The notes beneath the pieces were generated by a model that ran no database searches, was not told where the DNA came from, and saw only the letters and a list, made by a program, of their open reading frames with translations. Shown piece after piece: positions 48,902 through 59,261 of a stretch of DNA of 64,000 bases. How positions within the stretch are numbered: the first letter of the stretch is position 1; the number at the start of each line of letters is the position of its first letter. Both the position numbers and the translations under genes were made by a program. The stretch is from a virus: positions 15,754 through 79,753 of the IMG/VR virus record IMGVR_UViG_3300037468_000493; one strand, written 5' to 3'.

Positions 48902-49210
48902 CTAGACCTCGACGCCGGGGCCTTCAGGGGGCGCTTCGTCGTCAGGGGCCGCAATGGGCTCAACGTAGATAGTAGGGATGGCGTCAACCAACCCTTGCAG
49001 CGCAATCATTGCTGCGCCGTAATCGGGTTCGGCTGGGGGGAGATCAATCAACTCTTGGATCTTTGCCTTTAGCTCAGACACAGCGGCGTCAATTTCCTGC
49101 TGTTCTTGCGTAATTCGCTCAAACCCGGCCTGCACCAGGGCTTTATAGTCTTCTAGAGTTGCCATAATTTTCCTTAAGATTCCAGGGATTTGCCAGGGCC
49201 AAATAGGCAT
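48902..49210 (-). CDS. Coiled-coil hypothetical protein
   Basis: QEQQEIDAAVSELKAKIQEL; start uncertain. Confidence 0.55.
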   Translation of the reverse strand: MPIWPWQIPGILRKIMATLEDYKALVQAGFERITQEQQEIDAAVSELKAKIQELIDLPPAEPDYGAAMIALQGLVDAIPTIYVEPIAAPDDEAPPEGPGVEV

Positions 49211-49257
49211 GGTGATCACCAGTGCCGACGCCCCTATTCTACGGTACTCCCACGAGA

Positions 49258-49518
49258 TTACGTTGGCTGCACTGTATCCTCCGGGAAACATTCACGGCTG
49301 CCCTTCTCGCAGTCTGCAAGAGACACCCATCCACCTGCGGGGGACTGCCGACCCTCGCGGGAGCAATCTTTATGATTCTCATCTTCGCTGCCACATTGCG
49401 GCAACTGAGCAAGGACTCGGCCTGTACCCCGGTCTGCGTTGGCAGGCTGCGGTAGCTCGCCGCAAGCAGGGGCAACCATCAGGGCGGATAGGGTAAGGGA
49501 CAAGAATTGAGTAAACAT
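49258..49518 (-). CDS. Putative secreted peptide with RGTGR motif (PatX/PatS-like)
   Basis: GGAG RBS; hydrophobic signal-like N-terminus; LPQPANADRGTGR (motif at 49417-49431). Confidence 0.55.
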   Translation of the reverse strand: MFTQFLSLTLSALMVAPACGELPQPANADRGTGRVLAQLPQCGSEDENHKDCSREGRQSPAGGWVSLADCEKGSRECFPEDTVQPT

Positions 49519-49655
49519 GGTGGTTCTCCAGAATATTCCCGGTGGTTAGCCGGGGGTGTGTACGGTTAGTAGTTTTCAGTGCCTGGTGTGAGATGACTGG
49601 CAGTAACCCCTACACCCCGCGACCCAGCCTCCTGAATCGCGGGAGTGCTGTGAGA

Positions 49656-50105
49656 TTAAGCAGGCACCCCAAAGGCGGCGGCCTGCCGCTGGATCAACCG
49701 CTGACCTTTTTGATGCTCGTCAATAATCCCCAACATAGCCTTAACGGGATTACGAGCGGCTAACCGAAACTTGCCCACCGATACATCCTGGCCCCGAGTG
49801 TAAAAAGTCCCGACACATTCACGACCCCAATACACCCGGCTCACTACCTCAAATGCTTCGGTGCGGTGCTCAACTGTGTAACCACCAACCCCTGCGGGCA
49901 TCAGGTAAGGCATGACTTGGCCGGGATAAACCAGGCCAAACCATTTACCGTCGTTCTCAGGCCATACCCGGCCAACCCTGGAACCTGGTTTCTGCCGACC
50001 CGCCATATTAAAAGCCAAATCTGCATCGCCAGGGCCAACCTCAACCGCGCCCAAAACCCGAGTCACAACCCCGTCAACCTCAGCCAGCCAATTGCGTGTA
50101 TCCAT
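49656..50105 (-). CDS. Hypothetical protein
   Basis: 149 aa, AGGAG RBS, divergent from the HTH genes. Confidence 0.6.
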   Translation of the reverse strand: MDTRNWLAEVDGVVTRVLGAVEVGPGDADLAFNMAGRQKPGSRVGRVWPENDGKWFGLVYPGQVMPYLMPAGVGGYTVEHRTEAFEVVSRVYWGRECVGTFYTRGQDVSVGKFRLAARNPVKAMLGIIDEHQKGQRLIQRQAAAFGVPA

Positions 50106-50186
50106 CTGCTCAAATCTCCTAAATCCTTAACTATTACGATAGTACCGTGCTATTCTCAACTAGGCAAGTACCTAGTTGAGAGATTT

Positions 50187-50384
50187 ATGGAATCATTGCA
50201 AAAGCTCCGAAAAGCCAAGAAACTAACCCAGCTTGGCATGGCCGAATCGCTGGGCGTAGACGTTGCGACGATTAGTGGATGGGAGAGGGGCAAGCACCGG
50301 CCCACCCCGGCGATACGCTGGCAATACGCTGCGGCCCTGGGCATTACCGTGGAAGCATTGAAGAAGATTATAGGGATCCCCTGA
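50187..50384 (+). CDS. XRE/Cro-like HTH regulator
   Basis: LQKLRKAKKLTQLGMAESLGVDVATISGWERGKHRP. Confidence 0.9.
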   Translation: MESLQKLRKAKKLTQLGMAESLGVDVATISGWERGKHRPTPAIRWQYAAALGITVEALKKIIGIP

Positions 50385-50509
50385 AATAGCGACATTGATC
50401 ACAGTGTAGGTAGGTGCGGCGGGGTATAAAGCCTGCGTAAAGTTCTAGAATCTCGTAAGACTGCTGTGATATTGTGTAGGAGTCCTACACTACAGAAGAG
50501 CTTAAACCT

Positions 50510-50779
50510 ATGCCCAGAGCGAGATTGAAGAAAAAGAGGCGGGATGATACTGTGCCTGCCACGTTGCGAAAGTGGCGGGCGGAACATGGCAAAGTACTCG
50601 GGATTGAGTACACCCAGTGCCATGTGGCGGCGGCCTGTGCGGTGGCTCTACGCACCGTACAGAGTTGGGAGCAGGGGCACCGTAAGCCGGGGGCGGTAGA
50701 CCTGGAAAAATTAGCTCATGCCTACGGGGTGCCTCTGGCCCATGTGCGGCAGTTGCTGGGAGGTGCCAATCGTGGCTAA
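50510..50779 (+). CDS. XRE-family HTH regulator
   Basis: TQCHVAAACAVALRTVQSWEQGHRKP...LEKLAHAYGV. Confidence 0.85.
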   Translation: MPRARLKKKRRDDTVPATLRKWRAEHGKVLGIEYTQCHVAAACAVALRTVQSWEQGHRKPGAVDLEKLAHAYGVPLAHVRQLLGGANRG

Positions 50780-51365
50780 TAAACTAAATTGGGCACCAGT
50801 CTCTAACCCAGCGGCCATCCTGGCCCACAACATTGCAATCCTGCGGGCAAACGGTGTCCCGCCGATGGAGATTGCGATTAGCCTCAAGTGCTCTCCTGAG
50901 GAGGCTGGGGTAACTGGTCAACCTATCGACCGGCGCCACGATCGCCGGTCGCAGCCTGTATCAGAGGCCCAGGTGTTATCGGCAATAGCCGAGGTTGCGG
51001 CTAGGCCACTGGGGCCAACCCGGCGATGCCGCCAAATAATACTCCTGTTAGGAGTTGGCGAAAAGCGATTCGCAGCGTTTCGCCAGCAGTGGCCCAGGGT
51101 TGAGGCAGCTTGCCAGGAGCTCTACAAAACAAATCAAACCACTAGCCCAACGGAACAAGCGGCTAGATCCCAGGCAACCCTAACCGCCGTTATTGAATGG
51201 GCCGATGCCCAAATGGCGGCGGGGGAGAGTGTCAGTCTTCACGCCGCATGCCGCAGTGCGCAGAAGAATAAGGGATGGCTCGGTGTGCTCTGTAGCAGGG
51301 GTGATGCTAGGGCGATTGAGTTGCGGGAACGGATCCGTAAGTACAACAAGGATAAAAAAGGATAA
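50772..51365 (+). CDS. Hypothetical early protein
   Basis: GTG start with GGAGG RBS, overlapping upstream stop. Confidence 0.55.
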   Translation: MANKLNWAPVSNPAAILAHNIAILRANGVPPMEIAISLKCSPEEAGVTGQPIDRRHDRRSQPVSEAQVLSAIAEVAARPLGPTRRCRQIILLLGVGEKRFAAFRQQWPRVEAACQELYKTNQTTSPTEQAARSQATLTAVIEWADAQMAAGESVSLHAACRSAQKNKGWLGVLCSRGDARAIELRERIRKYNKDKKG

Positions 51366-51690
51366 ATCACTATGAACATTTGGAAATGGAAAACGCCTAA
51401 TGGCCAATGGGGCCTTGTGCAGGCCGCTGACGACGATGCCGCTTGGCTTGCGGTGATTCGCATTACAGGGCAAGCGCCTGAAGTCGTGGAATGGGTGCAG
51501 GAGGTGACTGCGCCATGACCATTTATTTGGACGACGTGTTGCAGCGCTACCCTCGATGCCGTGCAATTGACTTGCCGGTGTGTGCGCTGATGGCAGTCGC
51601 AACCAGGGCTCGGATCACAATCGGATCTCAGGACTGGGAGTCACGGGCCGCCAAAATAGTAGAGCAGTACAGACAACAGCAGGAGACAAC

Positions 51691-52035
51691 ATGATCAACC
51701 CGACGGCAACGATCAAAATCATCACCCCCGGAGGTGAGATTAAGGACAAGCAGGTTGCCCTAGTGGTGGCTTGCACCGGCAGCCCGCTGGCCATCACAGC
51801 CAGCGCCCACAACCCGAACTCATACTCCATCACTCATATGCTCAGCGGGCGACGGATAGGGCCAAGCCACCCAGACCAGGGCGAGTTGACCCAGCTACTT
51901 GAGCGGCTGATTGAACTGCCCTGGAGCAATGATCCCGCTGAGGCAATTGACCCGACGTTGCTTGCCTCAGCCATGGCAATTTACCAGGATTGGATTAAAT
52001 ATTTTGGCCTACCGACTAGCGAGACAACACCATGA
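51691..52035 (+). CDS. Hypothetical early protein
   Basis: AGGAG RBS; YSITHMLSGRRI motif. Confidence 0.6.
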   Translation: MINPTATIKIITPGGEIKDKQVALVVACTGSPLAITASAHNPNSYSITHMLSGRRIGPSHPDQGELTQLLERLIELPWSNDPAEAIDPTLLASAMAIYQDWIKYFGLPTSETTP

Positions 52036-52445
52036 GAATTGACAACGATATCAATGCTATCCGCGCATACCTTGATCAAATCAAAGCAGTGCCCCGATGG
52101 CCTGCAATCATTGCAGCACGACAATATCAGGCGGCATGGAAACGGCGGGGATACACTCCCCACCAATCAGCCAAGGCAGTGGAATGGTACTGGCGGAACC
52201 GTGGCAGACTTGAGGGCATGCCCAAAACGGTAGACGAAGCCGTTGGCGAATGCGTGCTGCGTAATGCAAATGCCCAGTACAAATTCAACGTGAATACACC
52301 CCAACCTTGCCGGGGCTGCCAGTACCTCAGCCCCGGCAATGAATTTCGGGGGGAGTTTTGCGATCGGCTTTTGATATGGGTCGCAGATCCAAAAACCTCA
52401 ACTTGCCCGGAGCATATTGCCTTAGCAATTGAGGCCACGCCATGA
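52032..52445 (+). CDS. Hypothetical protein with Cys cluster
   Basis: CRGCQY...FC...CPEH; ATGA overlap. Confidence 0.6.
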   Translation: MRIDNDINAIRAYLDQIKAVPRWPAIIAARQYQAAWKRRGYTPHQSAKAVEWYWRNRGRLEGMPKTVDEAVGECVLRNANAQYKFNVNTPQPCRGCQYLSPGNEFRGEFCDRLLIWVADPKTSTCPEHIALAIEATP

Positions 52446-52771
52446 TCCACACAATCCCGCTCAGCACCCTAAGGCAACAGGCCCACCCCGAGGTGACGGT
52501 AACGCCGCTGGAGAGCCTAGTCCATGCCTTACGGAGCAAGGGCCAGTCTAGGGCCATTACTCACCAGGGGGCCGTCCTGGCGTTTGTGCTACCGGCCCTG
52601 CCAGAAACCCTGGACTATGACATTGATCCAGTGGCCTATCCGCTCAACGTGGACAGCCTCACCCCAGCCTGGTTCCGCAAGCCCTACGGGGCGTGGCAGT
52701 GTACCCGCAAGAGCCGGTTCTGCTGCTGGGTGCTCCAGCCACACCTGGCCGCGCATGTTCCGGGGCTGTAG
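52442..52771 (+). CDS. Hypothetical protein
   Basis: 109 aa; ATGA overlap. Confidence 0.5.
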   Translation: MIHTIPLSTLRQQAHPEVTVTPLESLVHALRSKGQSRAITHQGAVLAFVLPALPETLDYDIDPVAYPLNVDSLTPAWFRKPYGAWQCTRKSRFCCWVLQPHLAAHVPGL

Positions 52772-52934
52772 CCATGATCACCGCTATGGCCCACGGCATC
52801 CTCACCACCGCAGTCCTGGCCCAGTCCGCGATCGCACTGGCAGTTATGCTCCGGGCCTGGGGGCACAACCCAGAAAAGAAAATCTCACAGTAATCGTATA
52901 AGATGCTATAATCATATAAACACCAGGGGGATGT

Positions 52935-53171
52935 ATGAAATTTCGCTTTTTGCTGGCCGAGCTAATGACCCATCGCCAGCTAACTCAGCAGGCGTTAGGC
53001 GAAGCAACGGGGCTAAGCCCTGTGACTATTGGCAGTTGGTATCATGGCCGCGCTACTAGGGCCGACCTGGGTACGGCTGCAACGCTGATGCAATACTTTG
53101 GGCTCTCATCCCTGGAGCAGTTGATCCAGGCGGAACCTGATTCTTCAGGGCGTGACAATCTCGCGGCGTGA
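52935..53171 (+). CDS. Cro/C1-type HTH regulator
   Basis: LAELMTHRQLTQQALGEATGLSPVTIGSWYHG; TATAAT upstream. Confidence 0.85.
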   Translation: MKFRFLLAELMTHRQLTQQALGEATGLSPVTIGSWYHGRATRADLGTAATLMQYFGLSSLEQLIQAEPDSSGRDNLAA

Positions 53172-53243
53172 CCGTGAGCGCGATCGGGCAGTCCTGGAAC
53201 CCCGTTAAAAGCTAGGAATACCTAAAACAAAAGGAAACCGACC

Positions 53244-54227
53244 ATGAAATTTGATGCAACTACGTTCTCATTCTTGAATGAAATGGACTTTCTGCCTGGC
53301 TTCAGCAATGTTAGCCAGCAGGATCTTCAGAACCAAGTCATACAGGCCATGAGCTTAGGGATTGACATCTCTGAACTGCCAGAGGTGGGAGTTATTGAGG
53401 CATTCGACACCATCCTTAAAGGGCTAGCGCCTGCCATTGTTGGTGAGTTTGACGAGACTAATGTATTAAGCGTCAAGGCTGACCCAAACGGCATGGTTGA
53501 GGCTGTTTACGGCCCCGCTATCTTTGGATCTGAAGATGGGACGATGGTTCTAAAGTGTGGTCAAAACCTCTACAAGTTCACCCACAAAGGAACAGAGGGT
53601 GCCTGTGGGTTGACCGGGGACATTGAGGTAGTAGAGAAGGAAGGCAAGGGCGAAGACGGCCAGCCTGAAACGTATCTGAGTGTTTCTTTTGATGTTTACC
53701 TGCCAGACCCTATTGATCAGACCATTGAGATCCCTTTGATCCTTGACGCTGGCAAAAAGGTGACCAAGGGTAAATTCAAGCAGGATATTAAAGCTAGCAA
53801 CATCGCTCAATACCTGAAGGGTGTCCCAACGGGTGGCAACTGGGTCGGCATGAACGATCTAGCAATCGGTGAATATCTGATGTCTGGGCTAGAAGAAAAC
53901 AGTCCCAGCGCTGAGTATGGCCGCTCATGGACAATGACACTAGAGGGTGTCGGAGGCGTTCGTTCAAAGGGTAAGCAGTTTAACTTAAAACTAGCTAGCC
54001 GAGCTCCAAAACTGATCAAGTTGATCGAGCTAGGGCGCCCCGTAACCTTGCTGATTTCATCCAAAACTGAGCTATCCCAAGGGATTCAGGTAAAGGCTGA
54101 TTTCTTTACCCGTGAGCCCCACCCCGATCGCATGGCTGCACAGGTTAAACCTGCTGAGCTTAAATCAGCCGCACCGCCAGTGATTGAGGCCACTGTCGTT
54201 CAAAGGGAATTAGAGCCCGCGTTCTAA
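53244..54227 (+). CDS. Replication-region protein (possibly ssDNA-binding)
   Basis: 327 aa, acidic, ends LEPAF, followed by a hairpin at ~54238-54267. Confidence 0.55.
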   Translation: MKFDATTFSFLNEMDFLPGFSNVSQQDLQNQVIQAMSLGIDISELPEVGVIEAFDTILKGLAPAIVGEFDETNVLSVKADPNGMVEAVYGPAIFGSEDGTMVLKCGQNLYKFTHKGTEGACGLTGDIEVVEKEGKGEDGQPETYLSVSFDVYLPDPIDQTIEIPLILDAGKKVTKGKFKQDIKASNIAQYLKGVPTGGNWVGMNDLAIGEYLMSGLEENSPSAEYGRSWTMTLEGVGGVRSKGKQFNLKLASRAPKLIKLIELGRPVTLLISSKTELSQGIQVKADFFTREPHPDRMAAQVKPAELKSAAPPVIEATVVQRELEPAF

Positions 54228-54300
54228 ACAAAGAAAACCCCTGGGTGTACACCTATACACCCAGGGGTAATTTGTCAGGATTTTTAGCAGGATTTTTGCA

Positions 54301-56178
54301 ATGCAGCAATTACAACATACTACACGATCTCCTGTCCAACAACAATCTCAAATCATCAAGGATGCACTGATTTACTTGGCTAGTCAGCGCGATGGGGCCG
54401 TAACTCAAGACGGGCATGGCTTGAATGGAACAGATGCAGGCTTTGGACATAACCTAGCCACCGCCGCTAAGAATTGGGGGCTATCCCATCGACAAGAATT
54501 TGAAGCATACAAAATGATGCGGAAGTACTGGCGGCAGTTGAAAACCGCTGGTATTTCCCTCCCCAAGCCTTACCTAAATCAGTACAGTCTAAAAGTTCTA
54601 GATGATGAGCAGGCCATTGTACTTAATGAATCCAAGGGTTCTGAGTACAAGTTAATCCGCAATAGCTGGGGCGATTATACCTGTGAATGTGAAGCAGCTA
54701 GCAATGGCAACCTTTGCGGGCATATCAAGTTTGCTCAGCATCAATGGGCATTTGTTCCACCGCCTGAGCCAGCAGCATTACCTCCTATCCCCGTTCAGAT
54801 AGTAGAACCAGCCCCAACTGAATTAGAAATACTGCCTGGGATTTTTGCCACACAGGGCCAAGCCCAAGCCCTTGAAGACCTAATGGACTTTGCCCAGGGC
54901 GGCAATACCCTACACCTTCTTTCAGGTTTCGCAGGAACAGGCAAGACCGTTTTACTTCAGGCTTGGTTAAAGCGCCTACGGGACTCGGGTAATAATGCCC
55001 CTGTGGTATTCACAGCTCCGACTAACAAGGCCACAGAAGTCCTACGCTCCATGACGATGCAGTGGGGGCTGAATGTTGAATGTGTGACCTGTGCAAAGCT
55101 GCTAGGGTTGCGCCCTGTCATTAACCGAGAGACAGGCAAGGAAGAATTTAAGAAAAACTACGCCGAAGATTCTGTCATCCAAGATTACGCCATCGTGGTA
55201 GTGGATGAGGCTTCGATGGTATCTGAGGATTTGTTTCAGTACACTGCCGAAGAAGCTAACATCTTAACCAAAATTCTATTCGTGGGTGACTGGGCACAAT
55301 TGCCCCCAGTAGGTGAGCCCATCAGTAAGGCATTCCTGGCGATTAAAGAACAGTCAGCACTGACAGAGGTTAAGCGCTACAGTGGCGCGATCGCTGTTGT
55401 GGCTGATGACCTACGCTGCAACCTAGCGCGGCGGGGTGAGCCCTTAATCGAGACAGACACTACCCCCGATAAAACCAAGGGCACCTTTGTCCTGGATGAG
55501 GACAAGTGGAAGGATGCCTTAATCAAGGCGTTCAAATCCGAAAACTCAGCCCAAGACCCCAACTACTGTCGGGCTCTAGCCTGGCGTAACAAAACGGTTG
55601 AGGGATTGAACCAGTACATCAGGGAGCACATCCAGGGGCACGACGCCCCCCGATTTGTAGTGGGGGAGCGGTTGTTGGCTGGTGAGCATTACGGCATCAA
55701 AGATGCTGTGGGACGGGCTAAAACCCTATTCTCAGCCTCAGCCGAGATGGAGGTACTAGAAATCGCCGAGGGTACATCAGGCGATTGGAGAACATGGTTT
55801 CTCCGTGTTGTGATGCTGGATGGTGAAGGGTTAACCCACACTATTCCAGTCCTGCATGAGGATGAGTTAAAACGGTTTGAGGATGAGCAAAAGAAGGTAA
55901 AGCAGGGGGCATTGAAGGGCGACAAGCACCTATGGGATCGCTACTTTGAGAATCGTAAGACCTTTGCCTGGGTGGACTATGCCTACGCCATGACGGTTCA
56001 TAAGTCCCAAGGCAGCACATTCTCTAATGTGTTCATTGATATGGGTGACATCATGGCGAACAACAGTAACGCCCATGTTGTCTGGCCTTCGGCAAAGAAG
56101 CAACTGGTCTATGAGCGAAACCAGTTGCTTTATGTCGCCATCACCCGTGCATCCCAACGAATCTTTATTTTTGAATAG
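54301..56178 (+). CDS. SF1B RecD/Dda-like DNA helicase with SWIM zinc finger
   Basis: GFAGTGKT, TAPTNKA, VDEASM, GDWAQLPPV, TVHKSQGS, YVAITRA; CECEA...CGH. Confidence 0.92.
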   Translation: MQQLQHTTRSPVQQQSQIIKDALIYLASQRDGAVTQDGHGLNGTDAGFGHNLATAAKNWGLSHRQEFEAYKMMRKYWRQLKTAGISLPKPYLNQYSLKVLDDEQAIVLNESKGSEYKLIRNSWGDYTCECEAASNGNLCGHIKFAQHQWAFVPPPEPAALPPIPVQIVEPAPTELEILPGIFATQGQAQALEDLMDFAQGGNTLHLLSGFAGTGKTVLLQAWLKRLRDSGNNAPVVFTAPTNKATEVLRSMTMQWGLNVECVTCAKLLGLRPVINRETGKEEFKKNYAEDSVIQDYAIVVVDEASMVSEDLFQYTAEEANILTKILFVGDWAQLPPVGEPISKAFLAIKEQSALTEVKRYSGAIAVVADDLRCNLARRGEPLIETDTTPDKTKGTFVLDEDKWKDALIKAFKSENSAQDPNYCRALAWRNKTVEGLNQYIREHIQGHDAPRFVVGERLLAGEHYGIKDAVGRAKTLFSASAEMEVLEIAEGTSGDWRTWFLRVVMLDGEGLTHTIPVLHEDELKRFEDEQKKVKQGALKGDKHLWDRYFENRKTFAWVDYAYAMTVHKSQGSTFSNVFIDMGDIMANNSNAHVVWPSAKKQLVYERNQLLYVAITRASQRIFIFE

Positions 56179-56187
56179 GAACACCCC

Positions 56188-57090
56188 ATGGTTGCTACCC
56201 CCATAGTTTCACGGGAGACTCATGATAATTTGTCTCCCGACCACTTCCCCTACTTCCTTGATCGAGGATTTAACTTCGACCACATCCAGCTAATCCAGTC
56301 CTGGGGTGTGCGCTCAATCAACCTGCAAGAATCCCTACGACTAGGGATCAAAAAGTACGACCCTGGCACCAAAAGACATCTCAGTGATGGCGGCATCTGG
56401 TTCCCCTTTACCAGCACCTATGGTCAAGTCAGGTTCAACACGGCTCTAAAACTGAAATCAGGGGAAGAATACCGATACCTCAGCCCTCGACAACCGGCAA
56501 AGGCCTGGATACCGCCAGGGGGCCATGGGTTTGGATCTGTGGATGCTATCACCGAGGGCTGGGCCGATGCCGCCGCGCCAACGGTAAGGGGCGTGCGTAC
56601 CGCTGCGATCGTCGGAACCTACAACGTGATCTACAGCGTAGACAAAGACTGTGGAGTGCCCCTTATCTACGACTCAGATGGATGGATGAAACCGCAGGTG
56701 ATGAGGGCGCTGATTCTGGGCGCTATCTGGACGAATGGCAGGATTAACATTTTTCCACAGATGGAGGCATACCCCAGCGGTGGGGGCAGTGAGTTTTTTA
56801 AGTCGGGCCGCACCATCGCCGACTATCAGCAACTGATCAATGAAGCCCTGACCCCTCACCAGTTGATCAAAAAATGGATCGGGTTCTGGGGCCAGATGGA
56901 TAGGGCCACTCAGACCAAGGCGATCGGGGTGGCGGCTGAGGCGGCTTACTGGATTCGCAACCCTGACCAGGTACTGAGATACCTGGAGCAATGCCGAGAG
57001 GAAAAGATCCCGGTTGAGGTTGGCACCAGTATTTATCACGAAGAAACCCACGAATATTTCTTATCCCAGGCCATTGAGGAACCAACATGA
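56188..57090 (+). CDS. Toprim-type primase (DUF3854-like)
   Basis: YRYLSP, ITEGW, YDSD motifs; coupled to helicase. Confidence 0.7.
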   Translation: MVATPIVSRETHDNLSPDHFPYFLDRGFNFDHIQLIQSWGVRSINLQESLRLGIKKYDPGTKRHLSDGGIWFPFTSTYGQVRFNTALKLKSGEEYRYLSPRQPAKAWIPPGGHGFGSVDAITEGWADAAAPTVRGVRTAAIVGTYNVIYSVDKDCGVPLIYDSDGWMKPQVMRALILGAIWTNGRINIFPQMEAYPSGGGSEFFKSGRTIADYQQLINEALTPHQLIKKWIGFWGQMDRATQTKAIGVAAEAAYWIRNPDQVLRYLEQCREEKIPVEVGTSIYHEETHEYFLSQAIEEPT

Positions 57091-59261
57091 GCCGCCTAGC
57101 CCAGATCGCCGATACTGACCTTGATGCCCTGCTATACGACATCCGCACAGCCACTAAAATTTACGACAAACGAGAATTTAATAAAAAAGTAGTGAGCAAG
57201 GCTGAGCAGAAAATGCTCAAACTTGTTCAGGCTGTAGCCGTCAAAGAGCGCCAGGACATTGAAGACGAAGACCGCTATACCCTGCCCAGCGGCATCACTA
57301 TTGAGCAACACCTATTTAACCTGACATTTTGCGAAACGGAACGGCCCATCAAGGTGATTGACCACGCCTTTAGGCAGTACGATCCAGAGTATGGGTACTG
57401 GGCCAGCATTCCTGATGAGCAGCTAGAACAGCGAGTACTCCAAAACGCTGAGCTATCCCATTACCCACCGACCAAGACCGGGCCAGGGCGATCGCTGGCG
57501 ACGGCGGCCAATGTGGAAAAGGCGATGAAATTTGCAGGCAAAAAGTTATTCGCCGCGACCCACAAGACCAACAGCAAACACCTGATCGCATTTAGGAATT
57601 TTACTGTATGCACCAAGACCGGCGACACTAGAGATCATAATCCTGATTACCACATCACCACATGCCTGCCCTATGACTATGCCCCTGGGGCTAGCTGCCC
57701 CCCGGCGATGCTGGGCTACATTGCCAGCAGCTTTGGGGAATCCCAGGTTGAATACGTCCGGGCCGCGCTAGGGCTGATCCTCGACCTGACGGCCCCCGAT
57801 CGGTTCATTCACCTAACGGGCTCGAGTGGTTCTGGTAAGGGGGTTTTTACTCGGCTGATTATGAAATTCTTTGGGAGTGAGTCGGTAGGTTCACCCAATA
57901 ACTTTAAGATTTTTGCTAACCCAGACCAGGTGCACCAGTACCTCAGCGGGAAAAGACTACTGGCCATCGATGACATCGTTGGGTTTATTGGAGAAGAGAT
58001 TGGCCGGTTCTATACCGCCGTCGAGCGCACGGCCATGAATGCCCGGTGTTTGTTTAAACCCAAGGGCTATACCCAGCAGTTTGATTGCCGGTATACCGTG
58101 GCCAGCGTGGGCCAGCTATCGGCCAAGTACAGCAACTCTAAGGGCTGGGAGCGTCGGGTTTTTCCATTGCCTACGGTTAGGGCATCAAGACAGGAGGAAG
58201 ACGAACGGCTGGAACTTGAGCTAGAGAACTGCATTGCCGACATCGTAAGTTGGGCATTGGATCAGGACAAAGCCCTGAGAAACGACATCCTACGCCACCC
58301 CGCCAAGTACAACCCTGCCGCCGCCGAGTATTTCAGAGATGCAGCCTTCAGCAGTAGCAGCGCCTGGGCCTTTATTGACGAATGCTTAGAGCCTAGAATC
58401 CCCAGCGTCACCGATAGCTTTGACGATCAGGGCATCAACGAGACTGAACTATACCTGGCTTACAAGGCCTATACCGCTGCCGTGGGCAAGCCGCCTATGA
58501 GTCGTGATGGGTTTGTCCATGAGCTGCGCCAGGTGCTGCCATTGAACTGGGTTGATCGCCGGTCGGGTGGCAAGGTCAAGCGGCGGTTCGTTTATATCCG
58601 CCTGCGCCCTGCCTTTGAGTTTGGCGAGTTTGGGGCGACCTGCAACATGGAAGCCCGAGGCTATGACGGGGTGCTCCAGTTTAGGGAATGGTCGGTTATC
58701 CACGGAGCCATGCACCCCTACGATCCAGGTGACCTGGAGGCACTAAATTCACCATGGGTTGCAGGGCTAACAAACCCTGAACTGATGGCAGGAATGACAG
58801 CCCCTGAGCCACCCCCAGAACAACCCTGTGCAGGCCATGCAGGGCAAACACACCCGATTTCTAGCGCAGAAGTCGTGTGTGTTTCCGAAAAAATTTCGCC
58901 GCACACACAGCCAAATAATTTCAACGAGAGTGTGCATGGCCTGCACACCCTGTACAGCGCAGACCCAGAGCCCGTTAACCCGTCGCAAGGTTGCTTTAAC
59001 GAGCAGGGCCAGGTGGTGACACCATGGCTCACCCCCGGTAAACCGACATGGTGGACTGACTTTGAGCAGCGATTGATCGAGGCGACGACATGGGAGCAAT
59101 TGCAGCAGGCTAAGGCCAAGACATCACCCTCCCGCCGCAGCCAGATTATGAACACCTGGGACAGTGATGGGCGCTACGAATGGCTTAAGGCCAATGCCGA
59201 ACGGTTAGAGGCCGAAGCCCAGTGCCAGCAGCAGCAGGGCCTCAACGTGGGGGGCAAATAA
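57087..59261 (+). CDS. D5-like / P4-family SF3 helicase
   Basis: IAFRN...HNPDYHIT (D5-N), GSSGSGKG Walker A, GKRLLAIDD, GWERR. Confidence 0.88.
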   Translation: MSRLAQIADTDLDALLYDIRTATKIYDKREFNKKVVSKAEQKMLKLVQAVAVKERQDIEDEDRYTLPSGITIEQHLFNLTFCETERPIKVIDHAFRQYDPEYGYWASIPDEQLEQRVLQNAELSHYPPTKTGPGRSLATAANVEKAMKFAGKKLFAATHKTNSKHLIAFRNFTVCTKTGDTRDHNPDYHITTCLPYDYAPGASCPPAMLGYIASSFGESQVEYVRAALGLILDLTAPDRFIHLTGSSGSGKGVFTRLIMKFFGSESVGSPNNFKIFANPDQVHQYLSGKRLLAIDDIVGFIGEEIGRFYTAVERTAMNARCLFKPKGYTQQFDCRYTVASVGQLSAKYSNSKGWERRVFPLPTVRASRQEEDERLELELENCIADIVSWALDQDKALRNDILRHPAKYNPAAAEYFRDAAFSSSSAWAFIDECLEPRIPSVTDSFDDQGINETELYLAYKAYTAAVGKPPMSRDGFVHELRQVLPLNWVDRRSGGKVKRRFVYIRLRPAFEFGEFGATCNMEARGYDGVLQFREWSVIHGAMHPYDPGDLEALNSPWVAGLTNPELMAGMTAPEPPPEQPCAGHAGQTHPISSAEVVCVSEKISPHTQPNNFNESVHGLHTLYSADPEPVNPSQGCFNEQGQVVTPWLTPGKPTWWTDFEQRLIEATTWEQLQQAKAKTSPSRRSQIMNTWDSDGRYEWLKANAERLEAEAQCQQQQGLNVGGK
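58826..58958 (-). repeat. 133-bp element, copy 4 (inside helicase ORF; candidate replication origin)
   Basis: Reverse complement of copy 1; translated in frame as PCAGHAGQT...VHGLHTLYS. Confidence 0.95.

Noticed and set aside
49540-49645. Possible structured RNA upstream of the RGTGR peptide gene
   Set aside because: Stems are short and imperfect; could not be distinguished from ordinary intergenic hairpins by eye
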